From positions 1,184,001 through 1,248,000 of the forward strand of contig CAVTRN010000002.1 in NCBI GenBank assembly GCA_963737155.1: DNA of 64,000 nt. The letters are read 5' to 3'. Shown here one piece after another: positions 31,791-41,707 of this stretch (within the stretch, counting starts at the first letter, position 1; every line of letters begins with the position of its first letter). The DNA is from Nitrospirota bacterium. Its GTDB lineage: Bacteria > Nitrospirota > UBA9217. The notes beneath the pieces are model-generated. The model saw nothing but the letters and a program-made list of their open reading frames with translations. It searched no databases and was not told where the DNA came from. A program made the position numbers and the translations under genes.

Positions 31791-32528
31791 ATGCGAACAG
31801 CGGTAATTTCGGATATTCATTCAAATCTCGAAGCACTGACCGCAGTGTTCGATCGGATCAGGACGCTGCGGGTGGATGAGACGGTCTGTCTGGGAGACAT
31901 TGTAGGGTATAATGCCAATCCGAACGAGTGTATCGACATCCTGCGCAACAATAATGTCCTGTGCGTGCTCGGCAACCACGATGCCGCAGCATCAGGACTG
32001 GAAGAGCCAGATCGCTTCCATCCGCACGCGCGTACGGCCGTTCTTTGGACTCGGGAACAGCTCACTGGAGAAAACAGGCAGTATCTGATTGCATTGCAGC
32101 GTGAACGACCTGTTCGTGATTTCTACCTCTTTCATGGCTCTATCCATGATACTAACCGCTATATTCTATACCGAAACGACGTTGTCGAAAATTTTCGCGA
32201 GCTTGCACATCTGCGCCAATCACCTGACCTTGGTCTTTTCGGTCATACTCACATCGTAACCGTTATCAGCGAACAGTATGGCATCTACGCGACGTCGCTC
32301 AATCACGAGGACCTGATCCTGCAGCCAGGCGTGCGATATCTGATCAACCCAGGGAGCGTAGGGCAGCCGCGCGACAGCGATCCCCGTGCTGCGTTCCTTG
32401 TTTATGATGACAGCAGCCGGAAAATCAGCTTTCATCGCGTAAAATATGACTTGCAGCGTTGTCAGGATAAAATCATCAACGTGGGCCTGCCTCCTCAGCT
32501 TGCGGAACGACTCGCCTGGGGAAGGTGA
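31791..32528 (+). CDS. Metallophosphoesterase (calcineurin-like)
   Basis: SDIHSN, LGDIVGY, GNHD, HGS, GHTH, NPGSVGQPRD. Confidence 0.92.
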   Translation: MRTAVISDIHSNLEALTAVFDRIRTLRVDETVCLGDIVGYNANPNECIDILRNNNVLCVLGNHDAAASGLEEPDRFHPHARTAVLWTREQLTGENRQYLIALQRERPVRDFYLFHGSIHDTNRYILYRNDVVENFRELAHLRQSPDLGLFGHTHIVTVISEQYGIYATSLNHEDLILQPGVRYLINPGSVGQPRDSDPRAAFLVYDDSSRKISFHRVKYDLQRCQDKIINVGLPPQLAERLAWGR

Positions 32529-32949
32529 CTGAAGGGAAAAAACACAATGGTCAGTGGAAACAGGATAGATAAGGCAGGCTATCACAGCTTCGCGATGACA
32601 ATATTTGAGACCGATGTCGTTGAACCGATTATTTTGTACTACACGAATCTCTGCGTGGTTAAAGCTGACAGCGTTCGGTGTCCAGAGGGAGGGGCTATGG
32701 CGAAGACTGCGATGGGAACCTTACAGCCGACCTTTAAAATACTGAATCCAAAAGTCAGATATGCTGAGGAGACTACGTGGAAGTGATAGCCCTGGAACAG
32801 GAGTATTTATAATCCCTTTTTCTCAGGAACAAGGTGAATGCTTAATTTGGCGGAAATGACCCCACTCGGGTAGGGGTGCTTGTAGTGAAAAGCGCCAAAA
32901 CTGATTGTGGAATTCGGGTTGAGGAAAGCACTTCCTCAATATCCCACTG

Positions 32950-33435
32950 TCCTAGTGCAGCAAGACAGATTATGCTTCGGAGAAGCGCAGTTGTTCCCAA
33001 ACCTCTTTGCAATCGGGGCATACCACCTCGTCTATCTCTGAGTCGAGCTTATTTTTTATAACCTTCGGAATACAGCCCTATTTTAGTGGATAGAGTATTC
33101 AAAAGCAACTGGAATCCTGAAGGCGGTGTTCCAGCGCGATCCAGAGGACAGTCCCGCAAATTTTGTCATTCCGGCCAGCGCCAGTCTGGACCATTCTCAC
33201 CGGTGGCTCCTGGTTATACCGGCGTCCGATGCTATTCATGCGCGACGCATGCCGAGCCTATTGGCCTTCTCGCCGATGGGTGCAACGAGATTGTCGCTGT
33301 CCAGGACTTTTAAAAAAAAGATTGGAGCATGACGACCGATGCTGATTTCGGAGAACTTGCCGCAGGGATCTTGAAATCGATCGAGCTATATGAAAGTCTG
33401 ACTATTTGGGCTTCAGCTATTTCGTATCCTCAGTG
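32950..33435 (+). pseudogene. Heavily decayed gene, probably the C-terminus of a class I SAM methyltransferase
   Basis: Fragments across frames (FVIPASA, YRRPM, IELYE, SDYLGFSYFV) resemble methyltransferase tails; many frameshifts. Confidence 0.35.
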
Positions 33436-33591
33436 AGACGACCTCTTTTGGGGGAGGAAAATTGGTGGCGGCAAATATCAAAGTTCACCATAAGTGGGGA
33501 ATGCCGTTCTCCTGTCATACTCCTGATTTTCTATGCGCATTATATCCGTCATGTTCTCAAAAATGAGCGGACGAATGTATTCACGGTACTG

Positions 33592-35766
33592 TCAAATAGT
33601 AAGAGAGGTTCTTGTTTTTGCATCAAGAATCCGACGAACCACAGAGAGCAAGTAGGGAGATTCAAAAGGCTTCTTCATGAAACCGTCAATTTCCCGAATA
33701 CCGTCCTTATCCGCTATATACTTTGCGTGACCAGACATAGCGATAATTTTTATTTCGGGCTTTATTTCTTTGATCTGTCTGATGAGCTCCATGCCGTCCA
33801 TGTGCGGCATGGCGATGTCAGTAATAACGAGCGCTATCTCCTGAGGAATTTTTTTGAAAATGCTGAGCGCGCTGGGGGAATCGCTTATGGCGAATGTTTT
33901 GTAGCCATGGCTTGCTAGTGTCTCCTGGACTGTGTTGAGTGTCGTCTTTTCATCATCGACAATGAGCAACGTCTCATTTCCGCCCACGGAATTAAGCGAT
34001 TCCTGCTTCTGCACGAGGGCTGCCGTATGCGAAGCGGGCAGGTAGATGCTAAAGAGCGTGCCAGCACCAGGTTCGCTCGCGACCGTGATATACCCCTTAT
34101 GCTCTTTGACCGCTCCATACACCATGGAAAGGCCCAAGCCGGTGCCCTTTCCCCGCTCTTTCGTAGTGAAAAATGGTTCGAAGATTTTATTTATGGTATC
34201 CTTAGGGATTCCCAACCCAGTATCTGAGAGACTGAGCATGACATACTCCCCCGGCAGTATGTAGGCCGGGATGTTCGGCATTCCCTGCCCGACGTCCACA
34301 GCGGAGGTTTTGATTACGATTCTCCCTCCTTTCGGCATGGCATCCCGGGCATTGATGATAAGGTTCATAACGATCTGCTCTATTTGGTTGGTATCACCCA
34401 GAATGGGCGCAATATGGCTGTCGAGCTCCACAGTCAGTTCTATGTTTTTGTCGATGACCCGCTCGAGGAGCTTGAGCGTATCGTACACCACGTCGTTGAG
34501 TTGGAGTGGCACGAACTCATACTTGCTCTTGCGCGCAAAGCCCAGCAGTCTTGAGATCATTCTCCCCGCCCTTCGCGAGGCGTCTTCGATCACGCCGAGG
34601 CTGTTTGTCGACTTTACATCTAATACGGAATTTCTGCGAATGATTTCCGCATGGCCGAGGATGGCCGTCAGAATATTATTGAAATCATGGGCGATACCGC
34701 CTGCGAGCACGCCTATGGACTCCATCTTCTGTGACTGGGACAGGTGCTCCTGAAGTTTTTTCCTCTCCGTAATGTCACGGTAAAAGGACTGAATGAACGT
34801 TTCATTGTCGATAGTAATCGATTTTGCGCTGACCTCAAGATCGATGGCGGCGCCATCCTTTTTATTATGTCTGGTTTCGTACACAAGGGTTTCTCCGGCT
34901 AAAATCCGGCGCATCCTCTCCACCATCTTTTCCTTATTGCTGCCTGTGTCCTCTAACAGTTTTATGTGTGTACCTACCAATGTCTCGCTGTTGAAACCAT
35001 GCATCTCACATGCCTTCTCATTTGTTTTGACAATGACACCGTTCTTATCGAGAATGACGATGCCATCCGTCGCATTCTCAAAAAGCGACCGATGCCACTG
35101 CTCGGATTTGTTTAAATCTTGTGTCCTCACCGCGACCAGATCTTCAAGGTGTAGTGAATACTTTTCAAGCTGCTCTTTGTCTTTTGAAAGATCATATTCG
35201 AGAGAAAGGTTTTTCTGTACAAGGCTATCATTATAATATCGCCAGAATATTCCGATGCTGGCTGTGGCGAGTAAAAAGACGTTGTTATTGATAAAAACTT
35301 TTAAGTTTGTAATATTGTCAAGGACTAAGATGGGTAGTAAATAGGTGAGATATGTTATGGCGGCCAGCGCTACGGTGGTTTTAATAGAAAAAAGCGGCAG
35401 AAATCCGAGGCAAAATATTAGAGTAATAATTATTCCTGCGTAATAAATGGATTGATGAGCGCCAAAAGAAAGGACCATCAGTTCCACCGTAATTGACGCA
35501 ATGAGAGTCCCTACGATAAAAATGCTTATTTGATAAAGTTTATTTGTTTTCTGTTTGTTCAGGTAATAAATGCAGATGAACAAAAAAGCTGCGCCCAATC
35601 TGTAAGTGAGAAATCTTAGGAAGTTCTCTGGCGTCACAAAATAATCTAAGAGGCTCAAAAGAAGAAAAACGGCAGCTCCGCCGATAAGAGCGATCCCTCC
35701 CCAGTGTTGGAGTATTTTCAAAATTTCTTGTTCTACGTATATTTCTTTATCCGTTTTCTTTTTCAT
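33592..35766 (-). CDS. Membrane-bound hybrid histidine kinase (multi-TM sensor, PAS, HisKA, HATPase, REC)
   Basis: About six N-terminal TM helices; PAS (LFENATDGI); H-box LAGGIAHDFNN; NARDAM; FEPFFTTK; GTGLGL; REC VDDE/ITDIAMP/KKPF. Confidence 0.93.
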   Translation of the reverse strand: MKKKTDKEIYVEQEILKILQHWGGIALIGGAAVFLLLSLLDYFVTPENFLRFLTYRLGAAFLFICIYYLNKQKTNKLYQISIFIVGTLIASITVELMVLSFGAHQSIYYAGIIITLIFCLGFLPLFSIKTTVALAAITYLTYLLPILVLDNITNLKVFINNNVFLLATASIGIFWRYYNDSLVQKNLSLEYDLSKDKEQLEKYSLHLEDLVAVRTQDLNKSEQWHRSLFENATDGIVILDKNGVIVKTNEKACEMHGFNSETLVGTHIKLLEDTGSNKEKMVERMRRILAGETLVYETRHNKKDGAAIDLEVSAKSITIDNETFIQSFYRDITERKKLQEHLSQSQKMESIGVLAGGIAHDFNNILTAILGHAEIIRRNSVLDVKSTNSLGVIEDASRRAGRMISRLLGFARKSKYEFVPLQLNDVVYDTLKLLERVIDKNIELTVELDSHIAPILGDTNQIEQIVMNLIINARDAMPKGGRIVIKTSAVDVGQGMPNIPAYILPGEYVMLSLSDTGLGIPKDTINKIFEPFFTTKERGKGTGLGLSMVYGAVKEHKGYITVASEPGAGTLFSIYLPASHTAALVQKQESLNSVGGNETLLIVDDEKTTLNTVQETLASHGYKTFAISDSPSALSIFKKIPQEIALVITDIAMPHMDGMELIRQIKEIKPEIKIIAMSGHAKYIADKDGIREIDGFMKKPFESPYLLSVVRRILDAKTRTSLTI

Positions 35767-35812
35767 GCAATAACTCGTTCTAACATGTAAGTTGCATTAT
35801 ACCATGTTTTCC

Positions 35813-37225
35813 CTAGACTTGATGGTTCTTTATTATTGATTTTGCGAGGTCATAACCCAAGTAAACTACCCCAGCAAGACCTTGTGCATATGTCGTCCAA
35901 TGACCCGTCAAATAAAGTCCATGAAGAAAAGACGGCTTTCTGAAATCAGGGTCTAAAAATTGTTGCTGAATACTCTCCCACCCGTAGGCGGCTCCTTGAT
36001 CATTTAAGGTATATCTGTATAAGGTGTAAGGTGTTGCCGCTTCTTTATAGATGATGTGTTTTGATAATCCCGAAATTGTAGTCTGCTCAATGCTTGTTAT
36101 GAATGTTTCCAACAATGTTTTCTTATTTTTATTCCAATACCGTTTATCCTTAAATGATGTATTTGCCATTGCTAAAATACTTTTCCCATCTGGTGAAACG
36201 CGAAAGAGGTACTTTGTCAAGTCGGTTTCATTGTTTTTATTTGCTGTTACATACATTTTATCTAAATCATAGTGAGGCAAGAACCAAAGCGTAGACCCAG
36301 GTCTGGGTAAGGAATCGAAATAATTATCAACACCTAAATATGCAATAAACATCGAGAGAGTCGGGGTCATCATATTTAGCTTATCAATAAGTCGTCTACT
36401 TATTTTATTTATTCCTATAAGTTTGAAAAAAGTTTGTTTTGCATCACAGTTTGAAATTACAACACTTGATCGTATCACCATGCCAGTTTGGAGAACCACC
36501 CCCGATACTGCATTATTCTCTATTTCAATTTGCGTCACGGGGGAGGATAACAACATGACGCCACTAAACTCTTTAAATCGTTCCGCAAAGGTGTCCGGCA
36601 ATGTCTGCATACCGCCTTCTGGATAATAACCACCATCAACGACAAATTCAGTGAAAATTTTAGACCCAGTAAAGGCGGACATTAACGACGGCGGCAAACC
36701 CCCGTTTACGAATAATTGGAAAGACAGGATAGCTTTTAATGTTTTATCTGTAAAATACTGGTCTAAGAAATCCTCAAATGTTTTATTGCGCAATGCCGCC
36801 ATGTCCACAGGTTTTAGGTTAGCTATGAAGGTAATAAAGTCTCTGATCCTTGGTTCAAAAGGAAAGACCTTTTGAAGCTCTTGAATGGTTTTATCTAGGT
36901 CGGCCCAGAAGGTAATCTTATAGTCGGGCGTAATGATAATATCTGATGGATCATATCTCTTAATTTTTATTCTTGCATCTAAACCCAGTTCTTTAATCAC
37001 GGTATTGAAATTACCACCTTCACGATAACTGCCAAAAGAGTGCGCGGCAGCATCGAAAGTAAACCCTTTCCGCTTGAAAGAGGTACAATATCCTCCGGGC
37101 TTATGATGTTGTTCTGCAATGAGCACCTTCAACCCTGCCTTTGCAAGGTAGCATCCGCACACAAGGCCGCTCATACCCGCACCAATTATCACGATATCAT
37201 AAATATCTTTATTATCCTTTAACAT
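35813..37225 (-). CDS. Phytoene desaturase (CrtI)/retinol saturase-like FAD oxidoreductase
   Basis: IGAGMSGL, EQHHKPGGYC.SF.RKGFTFD, YYPEGG, ATPYTLYRYT, GAAYGW, GLYLTGHW. Confidence 0.88.
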   Translation of the reverse strand: MLKDNKDIYDIVIIGAGMSGLVCGCYLAKAGLKVLIAEQHHKPGGYCTSFKRKGFTFDAAAHSFGSYREGGNFNTVIKELGLDARIKIKRYDPSDIIITPDYKITFWADLDKTIQELQKVFPFEPRIRDFITFIANLKPVDMAALRNKTFEDFLDQYFTDKTLKAILSFQLFVNGGLPPSLMSAFTGSKIFTEFVVDGGYYPEGGMQTLPDTFAERFKEFSGVMLLSSPVTQIEIENNAVSGVVLQTGMVIRSSVVISNCDAKQTFFKLIGINKISRRLIDKLNMMTPTLSMFIAYLGVDNYFDSLPRPGSTLWFLPHYDLDKMYVTANKNNETDLTKYLFRVSPDGKSILAMANTSFKDKRYWNKNKKTLLETFITSIEQTTISGLSKHIIYKEAATPYTLYRYTLNDQGAAYGWESIQQQFLDPDFRKPSFLHGLYLTGHWTTYAQGLAGVVYLGYDLAKSIIKNHQV

Positions 37226-37478
37226 TTACTGGATTGACCTGGTTTATTAATCTATTTACCAGTTCCACGGCTTCTTTCACTGTAGTAATTTTGGGGACAT
37301 CTTCATCTCTTATAGATATTTTAAATTTTTTCTCAATTGCCACTGTGATCTCGATAGCTTTAATAGAATCGACTTCCAGGTCTTTAAAAAAATTATTCTC
37401 TGGAGTTATCTCATCCTCATCAAATCCTGAAATATCAGAGATAATTGAGACTATTTCTTTTTCAACATTTGCGGCCAT
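37212..37478 (-). CDS. Acyl carrier protein
   Basis: Acidic 88-aa protein with a DLEVDSI phosphopantetheine Ser motif. Confidence 0.92.
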   Translation of the reverse strand: MAANVEKEIVSIISDISGFDEDEITPENNFFKDLEVDSIKAIEITVAIEKKFKISIRDEDVPKITTVKEAVELVNRLINQVNPVNVKG

Positions 37479-37497
37479 TGTTATCTCCTCGTCATCC

Positions 37498-38706
37498 TTA
37501 ATAGAAAAATTTTTTTAAGACCAGGCAGGCATTATTGCCGCCAAATGCATACGAGTTATTTAGGGCTATTGTGACAGGATGTCTTCTCGACTGGTTTGGT
37601 ACACAGTCAAGATCGCATTCCGGATCGGGCGTTTCGTAATTAATGGTTGGAGGAATAATATCATTTTTTACAGCAAGTGTGCAAGCGATTGCCTCGATGG
37701 CTGATGCAGCGCCCATTGTGTGGCCGAGCATGGATTTGATGGAACTGACCGGTATCTTTTGATAACGCGAGCCGAATATTTCTTTAATCGCGGCGCACTC
37801 GTTTCTATCATTTGTTAGTGTACCTGTTCCGTGCGCACTTATATAGTTAACTTCCTCAATTGCGATGTTTGCTTCTCGCATTGCTTTCTTCATACATGCT
37901 GCTATACCCTCAATAGATGAAGAAGTCATGTGAAAAGCATCGCAACTGAGTCCATAGCCCAAAACCTCGGCATAGATAGGCGCATTCCGTATTATCGTAT
38001 TCTCCAGAGACTCCAGAATAAGGATTCCTGCTCCTTCAGCCACCATCATGCCTTTTCTATTCTTATCAAAGGGCTGACATTTATCAGGAGCAACGGCAGA
38101 AAACTGATTGAAACCAGTGAAGGCGATTCTTGAAAAAGAGTCTGACGCGCCGGCAATCACCATGTCTGCTCTGTTTAAACGAATTAAATCATAACCATAA
38201 CCTAAGGCATAATTGCCTGCTGCACAGGCAGTAGAAAAAAGAACGTTCGGGCCATCAAGGCCCAATTCTTTGGATATTATCGCGGATGCGCTGTTAACGG
38301 GAAGTTGACATATGAGATCTCTTGTTAATTCTTCATTCTTGATTAGTTTGTCATTAATATGTTCGATAACTTGAATCGGCCCTGATGTTATGCCGATGCA
38401 GGTGCCGGTCTTCGCACGAGAAAAGTCTTTTTCAGATAAACTGGCATCCTTAATGGCAAGTTTTGCTCCTGCAAGCGCCATTTGTGATGACCTGCTTAAA
38501 GTATTAAGGCTATCTTTTGGAATAAAGTCTTGAGGTCTGAAGTTTTTAACTTCACCGCCATTGTGGGTGAAATGGTTGGTGGTATCAAAGGACGTTACAG
38601 GGCTTATCCCTGTTTTTCCGTTCAAGAGATTTCCCCAGAATTCTTCCCAGCCGATACCGATTGAGGAAATAACGCCAAGTCCTGTTATGACAACCCTCTT
38701 ATTCAT
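37498..38706 (-). CDS. Beta-ketoacyl-ACP synthase (FabF-type, catalytic)
   Basis: Cys-His-His triad intact: STACAAG, SAHGTGT, LGHTMGA; NSYAFGGNN. Confidence 0.93.
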   Translation of the reverse strand: MNKRVVITGLGVISSIGIGWEEFWGNLLNGKTGISPVTSFDTTNHFTHNGGEVKNFRPQDFIPKDSLNTLSRSSQMALAGAKLAIKDASLSEKDFSRAKTGTCIGITSGPIQVIEHINDKLIKNEELTRDLICQLPVNSASAIISKELGLDGPNVLFSTACAAGNYALGYGYDLIRLNRADMVIAGASDSFSRIAFTGFNQFSAVAPDKCQPFDKNRKGMMVAEGAGILILESLENTIIRNAPIYAEVLGYGLSCDAFHMTSSSIEGIAACMKKAMREANIAIEEVNYISAHGTGTLTNDRNECAAIKEIFGSRYQKIPVSSIKSMLGHTMGAASAIEAIACTLAVKNDIIPPTINYETPDPECDLDCVPNQSRRHPVTIALNNSYAFGGNNACLVLKKFFY

Positions 38707-39139
38707 TTTTTACGCTGAATACCAGCTCCGCCTCTGTTATCTTTTTGTCGTCGACAAATGCTTCGCCCGACACATAAGCGCCGGTTGGTAGAGATTTGAC
38801 GTTTTCAACCCTAATTTTCAATTGGTCGCCCGGAACAGCGGGGTGAAGAAATCGTGCCTTGGCAGAACCGAAGTAATATATAGGTTTTTTCCCCGCTTCC
38901 TGTATTTCTTTACCCGTGGCAAAAAGGATAATTGCTGCTTGCGCCATTGCTTCGAGAATGAGGGCGCCGGGCATGATGGCCTTGTCGGGGAAATGGCCAA
39001 GAAAAACCATATCATTGCCTGAGATATTTTTCACGGCAATGACACGTTTTCCGGGTTCGATTTCCAGTACCCGGTCGATCATGAGGAAAGGAAACCGCTG
39101 GGGCAAAATTTTTTTTATCTCTTCGAAGTCAAGTTGCAT
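38699..39139 (-). CDS. 3-hydroxyacyl-ACP dehydratase (FabZ-like)
   Basis: LPQRFPFLMID and FLGHFP..AIMPGALILEAMAQ (His/Glu dyad). Confidence 0.92.
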   Translation of the reverse strand: MQLDFEEIKKILPQRFPFLMIDRVLEIEPGKRVIAVKNISGNDMVFLGHFPDKAIMPGALILEAMAQAAIILFATGKEIQEAGKKPIYYFGSAKARFLHPAVPGDQLKIRVENVKSLPTGAYVSGEAFVDDKKITEAELVFSVKNE

Positions 39140-39142
39140 CGA

Positions 39143-40378
39143 TCATCCTTCGTAACTACCTAGTACAACGGCGGAGTTCTGTCCGTATGGATCAGCGGAG
39201 GTCACGAGCACGTTCTTTATGCATTTCTTTCTCGCTTCGTTCGGGACATAATCAAGATCGCACTCGGGATCTTTTTCCTTATAGTTTACGGTAGGGAATA
39301 TCATACCATTATGTATAGCGCCCACACCAGCTGAAAGGGATAGAGCACCGGAAGCAGAAAAAGACTCCCCCACCATGGATTTTACTGAGCTTACAGGGAT
39401 CGTGTATGCATGTTGCCCAAAAACTTCTTTTATTACCATTGTTTCCATCCTGTCAAGACCCCTAGTTGAATTGGAACAAGCACTTATAAAGTCAACGGCT
39501 TCAGGCTTGAGGGAAGCATCCCTTAAAGCAGATATAATGGCATTCTTTAAACCTTTTCCCGCATGATTGAAGTTGCTATGTGTTGCAGGATCAAAGGCAT
39601 TTCCGTAGCCCAAGATTCTTGCAAGGATGTTGGTGCCCCTTTTAATTGCGTGTTCTTCATCTTCAAGCACCAGCACCCCCGCACCTTCAGAAAGCAATAC
39701 TCCGTTCCTTCTCTGATCAAAAGGACAGCAGAGAGGCTCTGAGCCGTCTGTCCCAGATAAACAGCCGAGCTCATGGAAGCCCAGAAAAGTCTCTTGGCAC
39801 AGCTCTTCAACCCCGCCTGCAAGTATGACATTCGCCCTATTTAATTTTATAAAATCTGCGGCATAGGCGATAGTATCGAGGCTTGCGCAAAAGCCGGTGG
39901 ATATTGTGGTGTTGAACCCTTTAATTTTAAAACGAATGGAAACCTGGCTGGCAGGGGAATTTATGACGGTGTTCGGAAAATGCGAGGGATTTACAAAGCG
40001 CGGCCCATCGATGAGACTGGTCCGATCAAACTGGGAGATGCTGTGGAGACTGCCGAAGGTTGTGCCGATAGAAACGCCTATGGCAAGAGTATTGTTCTCC
40101 GTAATCTCAAGCTTGCTATCGTCTATGGCCATTTTAGCTGCAGAGCATATTAGCCTAGTACTCCTGTCGAGATCCCGCAACCCTTTCTTGCCGAGAAGAG
40201 AAAGAGGATCAAAGTCGGCTAGTTCACCGGCACAGTGGACTTGAAAGGGTTCTGTATCGAATAGCGTTATTTCCTGGAACCCTGTTTTCCCCTGGAACAG
40301 CCCTTCCCAGTAGTTATCCCGGCCTATACCGATGGGTGATAAGACTCCTATGCCTGAGATTACGACAGTTCTTTTCAT
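39143..40378 (-). CDS. Non-catalytic ketosynthase homolog (chain-length-factor-like)
   Basis: Full KS fold, but triad positions read STGFCAS, SACSNST and VGESFSA. Confidence 0.85.
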   Translation of the reverse strand: MKRTVVISGIGVLSPIGIGRDNYWEGLFQGKTGFQEITLFDTEPFQVHCAGELADFDPLSLLGKKGLRDLDRSTRLICSAAKMAIDDSKLEITENNTLAIGVSIGTTFGSLHSISQFDRTSLIDGPRFVNPSHFPNTVINSPASQVSIRFKIKGFNTTISTGFCASLDTIAYAADFIKLNRANVILAGGVEELCQETFLGFHELGCLSGTDGSEPLCCPFDQRRNGVLLSEGAGVLVLEDEEHAIKRGTNILARILGYGNAFDPATHSNFNHAGKGLKNAIISALRDASLKPEAVDFISACSNSTRGLDRMETMVIKEVFGQHAYTIPVSSVKSMVGESFSASGALSLSAGVGAIHNGMIFPTVNYKEKDPECDLDYVPNEARKKCIKNVLVTSADPYGQNSAVVLGSYEG

Positions 40379-40384
40379 CCTGTT

Positions 40385-41152
40385 TTAAATCCCCAATCCT
40401 CCGTCTACTTGTATTACTTGCCCGGTGATATACTGAGATGCATCGCTCACTAGGAATACTACAGCCTGCGCCACCGCCTCCGGCGTGCCGAATTTACCCA
40501 ATGGGATCATCTTCGTGACCTTCTCTTTGTATTTTTCAGTAAATGCCGCTGTCATGTCTGTAGCCACAAAACCCGGAGCAACGGCATTAACCCTGATATT
40601 ATACGGCGCCACCTCTACTGCCAACGATTTAGTAAAGCCGATCACTCCTGCCTTTGCAGTCGCGTAATTGACCTGGCCCGGAAGTGGATGAATACCGCTG
40701 ACGGACGAGATATTCACGATGTTTCCGCTTTTTTGCTTCAGAAATGTAATAATGCAGGCGCGGGACGTATTAAAAACGCCTGTAACGTCTGTGTCTATTA
40801 CCTCGGACCAATCCTCTTTATTCATCATCATTAGAGATTTGTCGCGTGTTATGCCTGCGTTATTGACAAGGATGTCGATCCTTCCGAATTTCTTTTTTAC
40901 CTCTTCTACAAACGTTTTTGCACCTTCAAAATCCCTCACGTCCAATTGAAAAGGCGTTGCCCTCCTGCCCATGTCCTGAACTTCTTGTGCCAATGATTCT
41001 GCTGCAATTGTATTTTTTGTATACGTGAATGCGCAATCAGCACCTTCACGGCATAGTGAAAGTACGATAGAGCGGCCTATGCCCCTTGTCCCTCCCGTTA
41101 CGATAGCTACCTTATTGAGAACTAAATTCTTTTCCATGCCGCGCATGCTCAA
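40385..41152 (-). CDS. 3-oxoacyl-ACP reductase (FabG-like SDR)
   Basis: TGGTRGIG, NNAGITRD, NISS, YATAK, VDGG. Confidence 0.92.
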   Translation of the reverse strand: MSMRGMEKNLVLNKVAIVTGGTRGIGRSIVLSLCREGADCAFTYTKNTIAAESLAQEVQDMGRRATPFQLDVRDFEGAKTFVEEVKKKFGRIDILVNNAGITRDKSLMMMNKEDWSEVIDTDVTGVFNTSRACIITFLKQKSGNIVNISSVSGIHPLPGQVNYATAKAGVIGFTKSLAVEVAPYNIRVNAVAPGFVATDMTAAFTEKYKEKVTKMIPLGKFGTPEAVAQAVVFLVSDASQYITGQVIQVDGGLGI

Positions 41153-41707
41153 TGTAACATAACTTTAAACCGTAATCAATAGCAATAACTGGGCCGTGAG
41201 AGCGGCATTTCCAATGTGCACTACGGCTTTTGACATTGCTTCCTTTTTCTGAAATATGAATCTGCTCAGGAGGCAATAGAAGAGGTAATTAACGGTTATC
41301 TAAAAGACTCTCAGGTGGAGAAAATATCGTTGCGGTATTGCTGACCGGGTGGGGGATGATAATACAGTACTGAAAATAAAACTTGTCTTTCACCGGATTG
41401 TGGGACAAAGCGCTCCCTTCGCTGTAGGACATCATTACTGAAAAAATGCCAGTAGTTGGCGCAGAATAGTATTCGTACTCTTCAGTCGTTTCGTTGACAA
41501 GTCGATTAACCCGACGTGTATGTTTTTGGGTGAGGATAAGGCCTGTGCAGTGCGGCCTTGATCGAGGTGGGTATTTTGATCATAAGCTGCTTGTTTGCTT
41601 AGGTTCGGTCTGTTTTTAAACTATCGACACGCTTTGCCTGGAAGAGAAGGATTGTACCTCTTCCTTTTCGCTACAAGGATACCTTCCCCGCAATACGTGC
41701 AGAACAT

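Noticed and set aside
37212-41152. Housekeeping fab operon, aryl polyene cluster or ladderane cluster
   Set aside because: There is no plsX/fabH/fabD and one KS is non-catalytic. The aryl ligase, acyltransferase and export genes are absent, and there are no radical SAM genes.
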